A DNA stretch of 64,000 bases from Chamaesiphon sp. (GCA_965246715.1 CBDFFH010000051.1:197803-261802), one strand, 5' to 3'; counted from the first letter of the stretch, positions 21,125 through 32,510 are shown. Notes: generated by a model not told the origin, from the letters alone. Numbers and translations: made by a program.

Positions 21125-21916
21125 TTAGAGCCAGCCCTTTAATTTATAAACCAAGATGCCGAGATATTCCCGCAAGGCTCCAGTTGTCAACGAGAGACTT
21201 TCTTCATTCGGGAGCAAGGCGAGAATAGCTGACTCGATTTGAGTATTAGGTTGGTCTATCTCTAATTGAGAAATCCGATAATCAGTTGGTGCCGCGATCG
21301 CATTAATATCCAGCTTTTTAAAAATTGCCAGCGATCGCGGCATATGCATCGCTGAAGTTACGAGTAAAATTTTCTGGAAATTATATTGCTGTAAGATTTC
21401 TTTAGTATATACGGCATTGTCCCGCGTATTTAAAGATTTTCCTTCGGGGATGATATCGGTCTTGGGTACGCCCATTTTAATTAATAATTTCATCAAGTCA
21501 TCAGCTTCTGGAGTGCTATTACCTTGCCAATCGATTCTCCCACCGCTGACGATAATTTTTGGTGCTTTGCCAGCACGATATAAATCCGCACCATACAATA
21601 CCCGATCGCCTGCATCGGAAAAGTCTACATCCGGACGCGGATATGCTTGCGATCGAATCCCGCCACCCAATACGACAATCGCATCAGCAGTCGGTAATTC
21701 ACCTTGCGGAATATTCTGCCATTCTAAAGATCGCACCAACGAATTACTCGTCCACGAATTGCTACTGAGCAATAGGATTAGCAATGCCGTGCTAATAACT
21801 GCGGGAGTCCGTTTAGATTTTTTCCATAATAATCCGAGCGCGACGATTAATAGTAAACAAATTAATCCGATCGGATAGAAGAAAATGGGAATTAGTTTGG
21901 AGAGGAACAGAAACAT
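21125..21916 (-). CDS. YdcF/DUF218 (ElyC/SanA-like) envelope protein
   Basis: IVVLGGG, SGG, SLNTRDNA, LVTSAMHMPRS, REYLG. Confidence 0.92.
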   Translation of the reverse strand: MFLFLSKLIPIFFYPIGLICLLLIVALGLLWKKSKRTPAVISTALLILLLSSNSWTSNSLVRSLEWQNIPQGELPTADAIVVLGGGIRSQAYPRPDVDFSDAGDRVLYGADLYRAGKAPKIIVSGGRIDWQGNSTPEADDLMKLLIKMGVPKTDIIPEGKSLNTRDNAVYTKEILQQYNFQKILLVTSAMHMPRSLAIFKKLDINAIAAPTDYRISQLEIDQPNTQIESAILALLPNEESLSLTTGALREYLGILVYKLKGWL

Positions 21917-22256
21917 TGAATAAATTACTAATTATGAGGTGCATGGATCTCCGATAAATTATTGTCTTTTGCATAATTTCAAACTAGTGGATCGTTCATT
22001 GCTTTCATACCCACATCTCGAACGTGAAGTGAATTTGGGAAAAGATCGCTCAAACGGTTCGGTAACTTGGGTGACAAGTTTTCATCAAAAAGTAATTTTA
22101 TGCAGATAATGGCGTGGTCATAAACTGCCGCTCGCAATCGGCAGCATAAGCAATGCAGGCTTTTAAATCCGATCGCGTCAGATCGGGAAAATCGTCGAGA
22201 ATTTCTGCTCCAAACATTAAGGGATATAAGCTTGAATTTTGAGAATCTGACTCAAT

Positions 22257-23420
22257 CTACTCGACGATCGCGATTTTATTGGCAGCATCAACAGCTTTGG
22301 AACGAGCGAGATCGGTGGTTTCGGCTTTAGCTAAAGCGACTCCCATCCGGCGATAGGGTCGAGCATCAGGCTTCCCAAATAGGCGCAGATCGACATCTGG
22401 TTCGCTGAGAGCTTCGGCTACTCCAGTAAAAGAAATAGAGTCAGAGTTTTTAGTGGCGAGAATTACCGCGCTGGCAGCCGGAGCGTATTGAACGATCTTC
22501 GGAATCGGTAAATCTAATACCGCCCGTAAATGTAATTCAAATTCATTTAAATTTTGCGAAATTAACGTCACCATCCCGGTATCGTGCGGCCGGGGAGATA
22601 GTTCGGAGAAGATAACTTCATTAGCAGTAATAAAAAATTCTACGCCAAATATGCCCGCACCACCGAGCGCATCGGTTACTTGAGTAGCGAGTGCTTGCGC
22701 GGCGGCAAGTTGAGTCGGCGTAATTGCCGCTGGTTGCCAAGATTCTTGATAATCACCGCGTTCTTGGCGATGTCCGATCGGCGGACAAAAAATCGTCGGT
22801 GCGTGCCACTGTTTGATGGTTAGGAGGGTAATTTCGATCTCAAAATCGATAAATTCTTCGATAATTACTTTTTGACTGTCACCACGCGAACCGGCGATCG
22901 CATAATTCCACGCAGCCTCAATTTCAGTAGCTTCTTTGACTATCGATTGACCTTTTCCTGAAGAAGACATGACTGGCTTGACGACATTGGGAAAGCCAAT
23001 TTCTTGAGATACCGATCGCATTTCCTCTAGATTAGTAGCATAGGCATATTTAGCCGTCCGCACCCCCAATTCATGGTGTGCGAGTTCGCGAATCCGATCG
23101 CGATTCATCGTGTAATGTGTTGCCTTTGCGGTGGGAATTACGGTAATACCGCGCTGCTCGAATTCGGCTAATTTTTCAGTTCTAATTGCTTCGATTTCGG
23201 GGATGAGATAATCTGGCTGATGTTTGGTGACAATTCGTTCTAAATCTTCGCCACTGAGCATCGAAATAACTTCACTCTCATCGGCAACTTGCATTGCTGG
23301 TGCGTGCGGGTAACGATCGACTGCAATTACATGATTGCCCAGTCTTTGCGCCGCGATCGTAAATTCCTTACCTAATTCGCCCGATCCTAGCAGCATCAAT
23401 TTTTTGGGCAGTTTTAGCAT
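22257..23420 (-). CDS. purT: Formate-dependent phosphoribosylglycinamide formyltransferase
   Basis: [39 protein letters not shown]. Confidence 0.97.
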   Translation of the reverse strand: MLKLPKKLMLLGSGELGKEFTIAAQRLGNHVIAVDRYPHAPAMQVADESEVISMLSGEDLERIVTKHQPDYLIPEIEAIRTEKLAEFEQRGITVIPTAKATHYTMNRDRIRELAHHELGVRTAKYAYATNLEEMRSVSQEIGFPNVVKPVMSSSGKGQSIVKEATEIEAAWNYAIAGSRGDSQKVIIEEFIDFEIEITLLTIKQWHAPTIFCPPIGHRQERGDYQESWQPAAITPTQLAAAQALATQVTDALGGAGIFGVEFFITANEVIFSELSPRPHDTGMVTLISQNLNEFELHLRAVLDLPIPKIVQYAPAASAVILATKNSDSISFTGVAEALSEPDVDLRLFGKPDARPYRRMGVALAKAETTDLARSKAVDAANKIAIVE

Positions 23421-23502
23421 TCGCGCATTCTCAAAATTATCTGCTTCTAGTCTAAGATCGATCGCGCACCTAAGTCTAAGCTTTCACACTCTAGCTCGCT
23501 AC

Positions 23503-24576
23503 TCATTCCCAATATAGCGCAGCTTCGATCGCCCATTTAGGGCAACCGCGCTGGGTGACAATCCTTTTTTCGTTAACAACCTGACCGCGCTCGTCGGTAA
23601 CGACTTCGGTTCTGACGATGGTTTCACCGTGTTCGAGGTAATTTTCTAACACAGTTATGGCCGCAGCTTGGAGGGACTCCTTGAGTGGCGAAACGATATT
23701 TGCGGTCAGTACGCTCTGAAGATCGCTTTGATACGACAGACCAGCAGCTTGAGGTTGGTTGAAAGACGATTCTGTAACTGTCACATAGGGATTGAATTGA
23801 AGATCGCTCTCTGGTGAAGGTTCGATTGCCAGTTTAGAGATAATCTTACCTAGGATTTCGCTATCGCCACTATTATTAGCAACACTTTGATGAGCAGTGA
23901 GATCGACATTATTAATACTAGGAATATCACCTAACTTGGCAATCCAGGCAATTCGATCTCTGAGGAAGAGTGAAATCAATCCCAGCCGAGTCTGGATATC
24001 CAAGCGATCGTCAATGCAGATAGCATCCTGAACGCGGTACCATTTTGATTTGGCGAGGATGAGAATATCTAGTTGTACTCCTGGTTGTGGCTGCTGACGA
24101 CTTTCCATCCATGTTTGCCACAATTCCTCGACAGGTGCATAGCTCAGATGATAACCTTCGGGAATTTCATACTTTTGATAGCGAATGAATCCCCGATCGG
24201 CAGTAGCCGTATCGATCGGGATAAACTGGTGCTCGCCGATAATTTCTTGAATTAGTGTTGAATATTTACTATCCTTTTTGACCAGGATATAGTGTAGGCG
24301 TGCTGCCACTTTGTGAATCCCAATTAACTCACCAGTTGGTGTCGACAACTGCAGTGAATTGTGGGCATAATTAATGCGTAAATTATCATTGGTAATCAGC
24401 CGCTTTTTCCCACAGGCAAAGCGTCTGACGATCGTTTCATCTTCTAGCAAATCTTCAATAATCTGTTCGTGCTCTCCGAGGAATTGGGATTGTTCTGACA
24501 TTGCTGATTGTGAATGTAAATCTTGAGAGATTTCGGGACGGTTCAAAGCCTTATGAGCATGGGTATCGATAATCAT
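23503..24576 (-). CDS. Hypothetical protein (cyanobacterial type)
   Basis: Long ORF with normal composition; no family recognised; start uncertain. Confidence 0.75.
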   Translation of the reverse strand: MIIDTHAHKALNRPEISQDLHSQSAMSEQSQFLGEHEQIIEDLLEDETIVRRFACGKKRLITNDNLRINYAHNSLQLSTPTGELIGIHKVAARLHYILVKKDSKYSTLIQEIIGEHQFIPIDTATADRGFIRYQKYEIPEGYHLSYAPVEELWQTWMESRQQPQPGVQLDILILAKSKWYRVQDAICIDDRLDIQTRLGLISLFLRDRIAWIAKLGDIPSINNVDLTAHQSVANNSGDSEILGKIISKLAIEPSPESDLQFNPYVTVTESSFNQPQAAGLSYQSDLQSVLTANIVSPLKESLQAAAITVLENYLEHGETIVRTEVVTDERGQVVNEKRIVTQRGCPKWAIEAALYWE

Positions 24577-25031
24577 ATGTTTAGATCGACCGAACGATAA
24601 GGGCAATTAACTAAAATCCAAACTTTTGACGCACAAGCGATCGCGTAAATCTTAAATTATGCTGGTGAAAATTATTCAGACATGGTGATGATGACAATCT
24701 CAACCGAACCCCTGTTCCCGATCTTCTAGTGTCGACTGAAGTTCGCAAGATTTGTCAGGACGATCGCCACCTGTAATCTAGCTATCTCTATAGAGTACCC
24801 AAGCGCTCACTGATTATTGAAGTTACTCGCTCGGCTCGTTTGTTGTCTGAGATCGCCAGTCGTTCGCAGTATACTTGGATGCCAACCGATCGGCAAGAAT
24901 CGATATTTGAGACAATATCCTGTATTTTCATCAGTGTGATGCAAAAAAAGCATGAAGCGGAGACTATTGCGAAATCTTGTTAACAAACTGTAATCTGGTA
25001 TGCAGAATTGAAGCAAAAATATTCAGATTAT

Positions 25032-25045
25032 GTAGCTGAATATAC
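25032..25045. promoter_or_regulatory. Candidate NtcA box upstream of the porin gene
   Basis: GTAGCTGAATATAC = GTA-N8-TAC, ~47 nt upstream of the porin ATG. Confidence 0.45.
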
Positions 25046-25092
25046 TTGACAGTTCAAAAGTTAAAGTTAACAGTGTGAGGAATAGCCTTAGT

Positions 25093-26874
25093 ATGTCGAA
25101 ATTATTATTGACGCACATTTTCTACCCAATTTTGACGGCGATCGCTGTTTGGGTAGCAGGTGTAACTCCAGCGTCAGCAAACCCTAGCAGCATTGACACA
25201 ACAAGCACAACCGCTGGTAATGCTGCAACGAAGCTCGCACCAATTAATTCTCTGGCTAACGCAAGTACAGCAGGGACCACAGATCGAGTCGAACGCGCCA
25301 CTGCGGCCTTAGATGTCAAACCTGGAGACTGGGCTTATCAAACGCTCCAAGGGTTACAGACTAAATATCGGTGTAGCAATACGCTTACAGGCGATCGAGT
25401 TGTATCGCGCGAAGAATTTGCAACCAGTATCAACACTTGTGTTCGATCGATGGAAGAACTAGTTGCCAGGAAACGCGGCAAAAGAATGAAAAAACGGCGG
25501 GTAGTACCAGCTCCTGCGGTAATTACACCAGCTCCTGAGATCGCACCGCCAGCGCCAGAGCCAGTTGTACCAGTCGTACCACCAGAGCCAGTAGTACCAG
25601 AGGTTTCTAAGCAGGATCTCGAACAGATTGAGCAATTAGTTCGCTCTTTTAGTGTCGAGCTTCAAGGCTTGAATACTCGTCTTCAAGCACTCGATACCAA
25701 AGTCACTACAATTAGCGACCAAAGATTCTCCACTACTACCAAGCTCACTGGGGAAGCGATTTTCGCAATTACTACTTTGGCGGGTGGCCCAAATAATGCA
25801 ACTCGGAATACAATCTTCGCCGATCGCGTCCGCTTAAATTTCAACAGTAGCTTCTTTGGTAAAGACTTGTTGCTAGTCCGGCTCCAGTCTCGAAATGGCA
25901 ACTCTTTTGCTGGCGCTGTTGCAACTTCTGCGGCAAGGACTAATGAGGCGAGATTAGGATTTGAAGGCAGTGAAGAAAATACTACCGATCTCCAGCGGTT
26001 GCAATACAAGTTGCCACTATCGTCCCAAACGCAGGTGATTTTTGCAGCAGTGGGTAGTGAGTTAAATGATGACTACTACAACTTCAACCCCGAGCTGGCT
26101 CCAGCCGGACAAGGTTCGTTTACTCGCTTTGGTCGGGTTAGTTCGATCTATAGATTGAACAATGAAGGCGCGAGTATTGGGATCGATCAAAAATTTAGTC
26201 CCAATCTCGGACTGGTAGTCAGTTATGCGGTGCCACGCGCGGGTGCCACTAGCCCAACAATCGGGCCGATTAATCCACCAGAAACAGTTAATAATCCGAA
26301 TACCGGACTATTTGGCGGTGCGAATACGATCTTCTCGCAGATTCGCTTTAAACCTAGCAATGGGGTTAATCTTGGGGTAGCCTACGCTCGTACTTATACT
26401 CCTGGCGGGACTTTTGTATCGGGGAATAATGGTAGTAACTTTGCCAATAACCCGTTCAATGGAGCGCCAACATCGGCGGATCACTATGGACTCTTGGCTA
26501 GTGTCGATCTCTCCAATAGTTTGATCTTGTCTGGTTGGGGTGGTTACACTCAAGCTCAACGACAAGCTACCGGCGGTGGCTCGGCGGATATCTGGGAGTA
26601 TTCACTAACTTTGGCTGCTAAGGATTTTGGCTCGAAGGGAAGTACGTTAGGTTTCGTCGTCGGGATGCAACCCAGAATCGCTAGTAATACCGTTAATTTT
26701 GCAACCTCTCGGGTAGATCCATCTACTGGCTTGCATTTAGAGACTTACTACAAGTACAAAGTTAGCGATAATATCTCGATTACACCTGGATTGTTGATTC
26801 TCACTAACCCAGAGCACAACGCTGGTAACCCGACTGAGTATCTCGGTACGATTCGGACGACATTTACTTTCTAG
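25093..26874 (+). CDS. Cyanobacterial outer-membrane porin (SLH-like domain + OprB/iron-uptake porin barrel)
   Basis: Signal peptide, DVKPGDWAYQTL SLH-like start, FSTTTKLTGEAIF, C-terminal RTTFTF. Confidence 0.93.
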   Translation: MSKLLLTHIFYPILTAIAVWVAGVTPASANPSSIDTTSTTAGNAATKLAPINSLANASTAGTTDRVERATAALDVKPGDWAYQTLQGLQTKYRCSNTLTGDRVVSREEFATSINTCVRSMEELVARKRGKRMKKRRVVPAPAVITPAPEIAPPAPEPVVPVVPPEPVVPEVSKQDLEQIEQLVRSFSVELQGLNTRLQALDTKVTTISDQRFSTTTKLTGEAIFAITTLAGGPNNATRNTIFADRVRLNFNSSFFGKDLLLVRLQSRNGNSFAGAVATSAARTNEARLGFEGSEENTTDLQRLQYKLPLSSQTQVIFAAVGSELNDDYYNFNPELAPAGQGSFTRFGRVSSIYRLNNEGASIGIDQKFSPNLGLVVSYAVPRAGATSPTIGPINPPETVNNPNTGLFGGANTIFSQIRFKPSNGVNLGVAYARTYTPGGTFVSGNNGSNFANNPFNGAPTSADHYGLLASVDLSNSLILSGWGGYTQAQRQATGGGSADIWEYSLTLAAKDFGSKGSTLGFVVGMQPRIASNTVNFATSRVDPSTGLHLETYYKYKVSDNISITPGLLILTNPEHNAGNPTEYLGTIRTTFTF

Positions 26875-26910
26875 TGTTTTAGGCTAATAATTAATAACTA
26901 ATAAAGTATT

Positions 26911-26951
26911 AATGGTGGGAGCGATCGAATGGTTGCTACCCACCATTTTTT
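26911..26951 (+). terminator. Rho-independent terminator after the porin gene
   Basis: AATGGTGGG...CCCACCATT followed by a T-tract. Confidence 0.65.
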
Positions 26952-27026
26952 GGATCGTTCCACTAGGAATACCACTCCATCACCGAATTAGCAGATAATT
27001 AATAACCGATAACTAATAAATAACTC

Positions 27027-27893
27027 ATGAAAAGACGGGACATCTTACTGGGGGCATCCAGCATCGCCACCGCAGCAGTCGTAGCAACTTCCCAACTTAC
27101 GACCGCCACACAATCAGAACCCACGACTGCGGCAACAGCGGCTAAATCGAGCGCTGGTGCAGGGAAAACTATTCAAATCGCGAAAGATTTACCAGGCTAC
27201 TATGTTACACCAGTAGGAACGGGTAAATTTGCCACAGTCATTGTCCTGATGGAAGCTTTTGGCCTCAATAAGTGGTGTAAAAGTATTTGCGATCGATTAG
27301 CCGAGTCGGGATTTGCCGCGCTCGCGCCAGACTTTTATCGTGGGACTACCTATGCCTATACCGATATGCAAGGTGCGATCGCCAAATTAAAGTCGCTCAA
27401 AGATGATGCCATCATGAGCGATGTCGGTAAAAGTATCGAATTTCTCACGGGTAAATCTGAAGTTAATGCCAACGCAATTGGCGTTATCGGCTTCTGTTCC
27501 GGGGGAAGGTATACTTTTCTGACTAATGCTGTCTATCCCAGCCAAATCAAAGCTGCTGTCGCCTTCTACGGTGGCGGGATCGATGCCACCGCCGATCCAG
27601 TCGGTCGCAAATCGCTAATCGGTAGAGTAGATACGATGCAATCACCAATTATGCTGATGTATGGTGCCGAAGACAAATCCATTACCGCCGACGAACAGGG
27701 TCGGATTGCGACAGCTTTATCTAAAGCGAAAAAAAGATATATCCTCAATCTTTTTCCCAAAGCCGGACATGGCTTCATGAGCGATCGCCGCGATAGCTAC
27801 TCTCCAGAAGCCGCCGCCGAAGCGTGGATGATGACTACGGGTTTTCTCAAGCAAAATCTCAATCCCAAAAAGACTAATAAAACATCAACATAA
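27027..27893 (+). CDS. Dienelactone hydrolase family protein with Tat signal peptide
   Basis: MKRRDIL twin-arginine leader; EAFG, GFCSGG nucleophile elbow, GHGF. Confidence 0.9.
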   Translation: MKRRDILLGASSIATAAVVATSQLTTATQSEPTTAATAAKSSAGAGKTIQIAKDLPGYYVTPVGTGKFATVIVLMEAFGLNKWCKSICDRLAESGFAALAPDFYRGTTYAYTDMQGAIAKLKSLKDDAIMSDVGKSIEFLTGKSEVNANAIGVIGFCSGGRYTFLTNAVYPSQIKAAVAFYGGGIDATADPVGRKSLIGRVDTMQSPIMLMYGAEDKSITADEQGRIATALSKAKKRYILNLFPKAGHGFMSDRRDSYSPEAAAEAWMMTTGFLKQNLNPKKTNKTST

Positions 27894-27932
27894 ACTATTG
27901 GAAACTCTGTAGTTGTAAGCTGAGATCTAATT

Positions 27933-27952
27933 GGTGGGCAGTGCCCACCCTA
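27933..27952. repeat. GTAG-type REP-like palindrome GGTGGGCA.TGCCCACCCTA
   Basis: Copies at 37854-37873 and 38057-38075. Confidence 0.7.
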
Positions 27953-28007
27953 ATTTTTGTTTACGCCTTGCTAAGCAACTACTCAAAAATCTCATCGCAT
28001 TTCGAGT

Positions 28008-28424
28008 TTAGCTAAATAACTCGAAAATCTGACGACAAAACTGTTTTAACTTATCAGCGATCTCTGGCTGCGGCTGGATCGCACCTTCAAATTGCCAATC
28101 CTCAACAGTCGATAATCGCCACTGCTTGCCACGATGATCGAAGCCAGCCACTTCCAATCCGATAAAACTGCGGGTAGATTCCACAGCGTCTTCATAAAAC
28201 CGAATCTGGACTAAAACACTCCGACTTTGCCACCGCCTACTCCAGCCAGGGAAATGAAAGCTAAAATCGATCGAATCGGGATCGACTAGCTCCTGAGTAT
28301 CGCTATCCTCAGCCCAAGGTTTCAAGTCTACTTTCGCATCGGGAAATTCGCTCCGAAATAGACTGACGGCAGAGGCGATTTTACTGGTAAGGACGATATC
28401 GGTAGCTTGTTTGGCAGCGTTCAC
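28008..28424 (-). CDS. Conserved hypothetical cyanobacterial protein
   Basis: DLKPW...DPDSID..FHFPGWSRR pattern; normal composition. Confidence 0.8.
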   Translation of the reverse strand: MNAAKQATDIVLTSKIASAVSLFRSEFPDAKVDLKPWAEDSDTQELVDPDSIDFSFHFPGWSRRWQSRSVLVQIRFYEDAVESTRSFIGLEVAGFDHRGKQWRLSTVEDWQFEGAIQPQPEIADKLKQFCRQIFELFS

Positions 28425-28501
28425 GTTTGAGAGGCGGCAGGATAGAATGACAGTGTGGTTGTTACCATTCTGGTTACATAATCAAATACTAACAGGGAAA
28501 T

Positions 28502-28540
28502 ATAGCCCTGAAACATACATTACTAATGTTTCAGGGCTAT
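28502..28540. terminator. 15-bp perfect inverted repeat downstream of the glycoside hydrolase gene (terminator-like or repeat)
   Basis: ATAGCCCTGAAACAT-N9-ATGTTTCAGGGCTAT. Confidence 0.55.
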
Positions 28541-28621
28541 CTCTTCAAAGTAATCTGACCCATCCGGCGATCGAACGTTCGCTCTATTGTCAAGCAATAA
28601 TTGCAACTTAATGAAAACAAG

Positions 28622-29605
28622 TTACATCACGATCGAATAGCTACTAAAATCGCGATCGACATGTTGTAATCCAGTTTGAACGCCACTTCGGCGAATCCCA
28701 CCCGTAAGGATATCGAAGCCGACGATTTCCCCATTTAGTTCGGGAATAATGCGACAAGCATATAAGTTTGCGGTTTGCGGTAAAAACACCTTGGGATTTA
28801 TCGCTGGAAAGTTAAATAAAGATGGCGATAAAATCCCTTGTAATCCACCACTTTGTTGTGTTGAAGGTGCAAAATCATATTTTGCCCAAGAGCTATAAAC
28901 CAACGCATATTCATCATCGCTAGAGCGATATAATTGTGGTACCTCCATCTCAGCATAGAAACCAGGCTGACAAATGGGGGCGAGATATTCCCAGTGCTCG
29001 AAGCTATTATTTCTAGCTTTGAGTAGTGCTACTGCGCCTTTTTTACCTACTGGTTGCTTGGAATCTTTTGCCGATAACAACATGTAGATTTGTTCGTGAT
29101 GTCGGAATAAAAAGGGATCGCGCCAAGCATGGATCGTCATGTCTTCAGGGACGTGACGCAGTTCGTACGGAGACTGCGGTTGAATCCGCACGCTCGGGAT
29201 CCGAAACCAGCGATCGAAGCTCTGGATGTGATGTGTAAATGCTACGCCGACATTCTGGGTCATCCCATCATCGGTAGCTTGGTTTCTCGATGTATAAAAC
29301 ATCAAATAGCCACCTTGAATCTTGATAATATCTCCACTCCAAATCGAGGTATCATCCCACCCCAGTGGATCGGCACCCAAGACGCGATCGCTAATCCAAT
29401 CGATCGTCAAAAAATCCTTAGTAGTCGCGTATCCTACCTGAGAACTAAAATGATGTTTGTCCTCAGCGACTAAGGTAGGATCGGCATTCAAATAAAATAA
29501 GTGGAAGAGCGCAGTTTCTGGATCGAAGTGATACCAAAAATCCCAGACATGACGATGGGGATGTTGGACTGTCGGATAGCTGATTTCGGGCGCGAGAGTG
29601 AGCAT
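28622..29605 (-). CDS. Five-bladed beta-propeller glycoside hydrolase, clan GH-J (GH68/GH32-like beta-fructofuranosidase)
   Basis: VWDFW nucleophile motif, WSG, WRDP and EMEVP acid/base motif. Confidence 0.85.
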   Translation of the reverse strand: MLTLAPEISYPTVQHPHRHVWDFWYHFDPETALFHLFYLNADPTLVAEDKHHFSSQVGYATTKDFLTIDWISDRVLGADPLGWDDTSIWSGDIIKIQGGYLMFYTSRNQATDDGMTQNVGVAFTHHIQSFDRWFRIPSVRIQPQSPYELRHVPEDMTIHAWRDPFLFRHHEQIYMLLSAKDSKQPVGKKGAVALLKARNNSFEHWEYLAPICQPGFYAEMEVPQLYRSSDDEYALVYSSWAKYDFAPSTQQSGGLQGILSPSLFNFPAINPKVFLPQTANLYACRIIPELNGEIVGFDILTGGIRRSGVQTGLQHVDRDFSSYSIVM

Positions 29606-30322
29606 TTTCTACCAGTTCAAAATTCAAGATGGTGGGATAAAGTCAAAACAAAACCGACACAGTCAAAATTCCCACGAAGAGGGCAAGAATTTATGGACTA
29701 TGTTGATGAGAGGGTAGAAATTGTGTCACGACACACTCACTGATTATTCACCTAAGAATAATGAATGATTTTGGCTAAATATGTTTCAGCTTTCGGTGAA
29801 AATTTAGACCTGTTCGCCAACTATTTTTTCGGTCTGTCAGGCCAGCGAAAGTCATAGTTCAGCGTTACTAGTCGCGACGGATGGAGAAGTATTTATATTT
29901 GGAGAAAAAATGAACCTCGGTCGTCCGATTACTCACGCCTTGCCAATTGCTGGAAATGCTGGGAATTTTAGATACAAATGTGAAATTTGTCATCTGTGCG
30001 GACACCAAATTAAGGAGCGGGTGTACCATGCGTAGGGGTATTCCAGTAGGCAGTTAGGGGTGGTTGTTATTTAACGTACCCAACTTATCACAGTAAGCGA
30101 TCGAATTAGATCGGAAATTAGTCGCAATCTCCAAAAAAATCAAAAAATGTCGCAAGTATCGGGTGAGACATCCCGAATTTTTGCCCGCTGTTAGGATGTT
30201 AGGAGATCTACAATATAGTGTCAGGCTGAAATTAATGAAATTGTGCTCGTTAACTACGTCAATTGTCATGGGGATTGACTCTTTATTCCTTATTAAAATA
30301 AATACATGTGTCTGGATTTCGG

Positions 30323-30359
30323 GGCGTTGCTAAATTTCAGATACACATTCAGCAACGCC
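30323..30359. repeat. Short palindromic repeat GGCGTTGCT...AGCAACGCC
   Basis: Inverted arms in a long intergenic region. Confidence 0.5.
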
Positions 30360-30749
30360 GATTTCGGAACAGCGATCGTGGCTACTTTTAACTAGCAATA
30401 TTACAAGCTCGCTCGTAACTGCAACTTTCGTCCCCAAAACGCACCTGTAGCAATTTCGCTGTTGGCTAATCTTCTGACCTTGCGTAACTCCCACCGAAGC
30501 ACGACGGCACGATCGATGACGGTGTGTAAACCTTAACAGCGCGATCGCCTTTACTTAGATTATCAAACAGAACGTCTCGATCGTGCAGCGATCTCGCCTC
30601 GATCGCCATGTTAAACTTAACGATCTGTGGGCTTGTGACAGAGAGTGCCTGATTCGATCGATCCGAACAGCGATCGAGAATACTGTCACGACGACAATGC
30701 ACAAGCTTAATTCATTTTTTATAATTCTGCGTAGCGATTCTATCTTCAT

Positions 30750-32348
30750 ATGGCAATTGCGATCGATTTTGGGACGAGTAATACTGTAATTAGCCGTTGG
30801 AATGCCGCAACGCAACAAGCAGAGACAGTGACGCTACCGGGACTCTCATTAGTCGGTGGGATGAATCCACCATTGATTCCCAGCTTGTTATATGTTGAGG
30901 ATGCTAGTACCGATCGAGTATTACTCGGGCAAATGGTACGCGATCGGGGGTTGGATCTCAAGAGCGATAATCGCTTCTTTCGGGGGTTTAAGCGAGGGAT
31001 CGGGGTAGATATTCAGGGATTTTTACCCGAACTCGATGGGGTGTCGATGACATTCGAGCGGGTGGGAGAGTTATTTCTCTCGGAGGTAATCAAACATTTG
31101 CAACAGACGCTGCCAGAGGTGGGGGAATCGCTAGTTTTAACCGTGCCAGTCGATAGTTTCGAGGTGTATCGGCGCTGGTTGAGTGGGGTATGTGCGACGC
31201 TCCCAGTCGAACGCATTCGGCTGTTAGACGAACCGACGGCGGCGGCGCTAGGATACGGCATGACAGCCGCAGAGACGCTACTGGTAATCGATTTTGGTGG
31301 GGGTACGTTGGATTTATCCCTAGTCCAGTTAACCAAGCAGGTACGACAAGGCAAAACGCCGCTCGGTTTCTTATTAAAGTGGGGCGAGAAATCGATTGAA
31401 AATTCTAACCAAACGCCTCAATTAGCGAGGGTAATTGCGAAAGCGGGGCAAAATTTAGGCGGGACGGATATCGATAATTGGGTGGCACAGGATTTGGCTT
31501 TAGCTCAAGGATTGACAACTTCAGCGTTAATTACGCGGTTGGCGGAGAAGTTAAAAATCGAGCTGTCGCTACAAACTACCGCGACAGAAGTGTATTTTGA
31601 CGATCGCACCTTCGATAGTTATGAGTTTAGTTTGACCCGCGATCGATTCGAGGAAATTCTCAAGGCACATCAATTTTTCGATCGGTTGGATGAGTCGATG
31701 ATGCAAGTGCTCCAACAAGCCAGACGACAGGGGATCGAAACTAATCATATCGATGGCGTATTATTAGTCGGTGGCACCGTCCAAATTCCCGCCGTGCAAG
31801 CTTGGGTACGACAGTATTTTGATGAAAGTAAAATTCGGCAATCGAAGCCTTTTGAAGCGATCGCCCACGGCGCATTACAATTAATTCAAGGGGTAGAAAT
31901 CCAAGACTTTCTCTATCATAGTTATGGAGTGCGCTATTGGGATCGCCGCCAAAATGCCCACAATTGGCACCCAATTATTCAATCGGGACAAGCTTACCCG
32001 ATGTCGGCACCTGTAGAATTAACGCTCGGCTCGTCGCGAGACAATCAACCCAGTATCGAATTAATCGTCGGCGAACTCGGCGCGACAACTGGAGGAACGG
32101 AAGTATATTTCGATGGAGATCGCTTGATTACCCGTTGTTTGACAGGTGGCGTAAAAGATGTCAGAGCGTTAAACGATCGCGATGGGGGGCGTAATATTGC
32201 TAAACTCGAACCGCCAGGATTTCCAGGCAGCGATCGCGTTAAAGTGCTATTTAATGTCGATCGAGATCGGCAGTTACGGATTACAGTTGAGGATTTGCTA
32301 ACCAATCAAACATTGTTAGTCGATCGAGTCGTTGCCGAATTAAGTTGA
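30750..32348 (+). CDS. Hsp70-family (DnaK-like, atypical) protein
   Basis: IDFGTSNT, DEPTAAALGY, IDFGGGTLDLS, LLVGG; short C-terminus lacking the canonical lid. Confidence 0.9.
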   Translation: MAIAIDFGTSNTVISRWNAATQQAETVTLPGLSLVGGMNPPLIPSLLYVEDASTDRVLLGQMVRDRGLDLKSDNRFFRGFKRGIGVDIQGFLPELDGVSMTFERVGELFLSEVIKHLQQTLPEVGESLVLTVPVDSFEVYRRWLSGVCATLPVERIRLLDEPTAAALGYGMTAAETLLVIDFGGGTLDLSLVQLTKQVRQGKTPLGFLLKWGEKSIENSNQTPQLARVIAKAGQNLGGTDIDNWVAQDLALAQGLTTSALITRLAEKLKIELSLQTTATEVYFDDRTFDSYEFSLTRDRFEEILKAHQFFDRLDESMMQVLQQARRQGIETNHIDGVLLVGGTVQIPAVQAWVRQYFDESKIRQSKPFEAIAHGALQLIQGVEIQDFLYHSYGVRYWDRRQNAHNWHPIIQSGQAYPMSAPVELTLGSSRDNQPSIELIVGELGATTGGTEVYFDGDRLITRCLTGGVKDVRALNDRDGGRNIAKLEPPGFPGSDRVKVLFNVDRDRQLRITVEDLLTNQTLLVDRVVAELS

Positions 32349-32510
32349 GGAGCATTCGGATATCAAATGTAATTTTTAGATACTCGCCAATCTACTCATT
32401 ATTATTAAATTACCAGAATGATATCGATAAATTTCATACAATAAGTAGTAGCTATCCTCAGTTAATGGTGAGGCCAGGTAGAACCGATCCAACATCCAAA
32501 TAATGCGGCC

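Noticed and set aside
29606..30749. Small ORFs or an ncRNA in the 1.1 kb intergenic region
   Set aside because: The ORFs (30054..30269, 30466..30702, 30555..30818) have no recognisable motifs and overlap each other; no RNA family was recognisable by eye.
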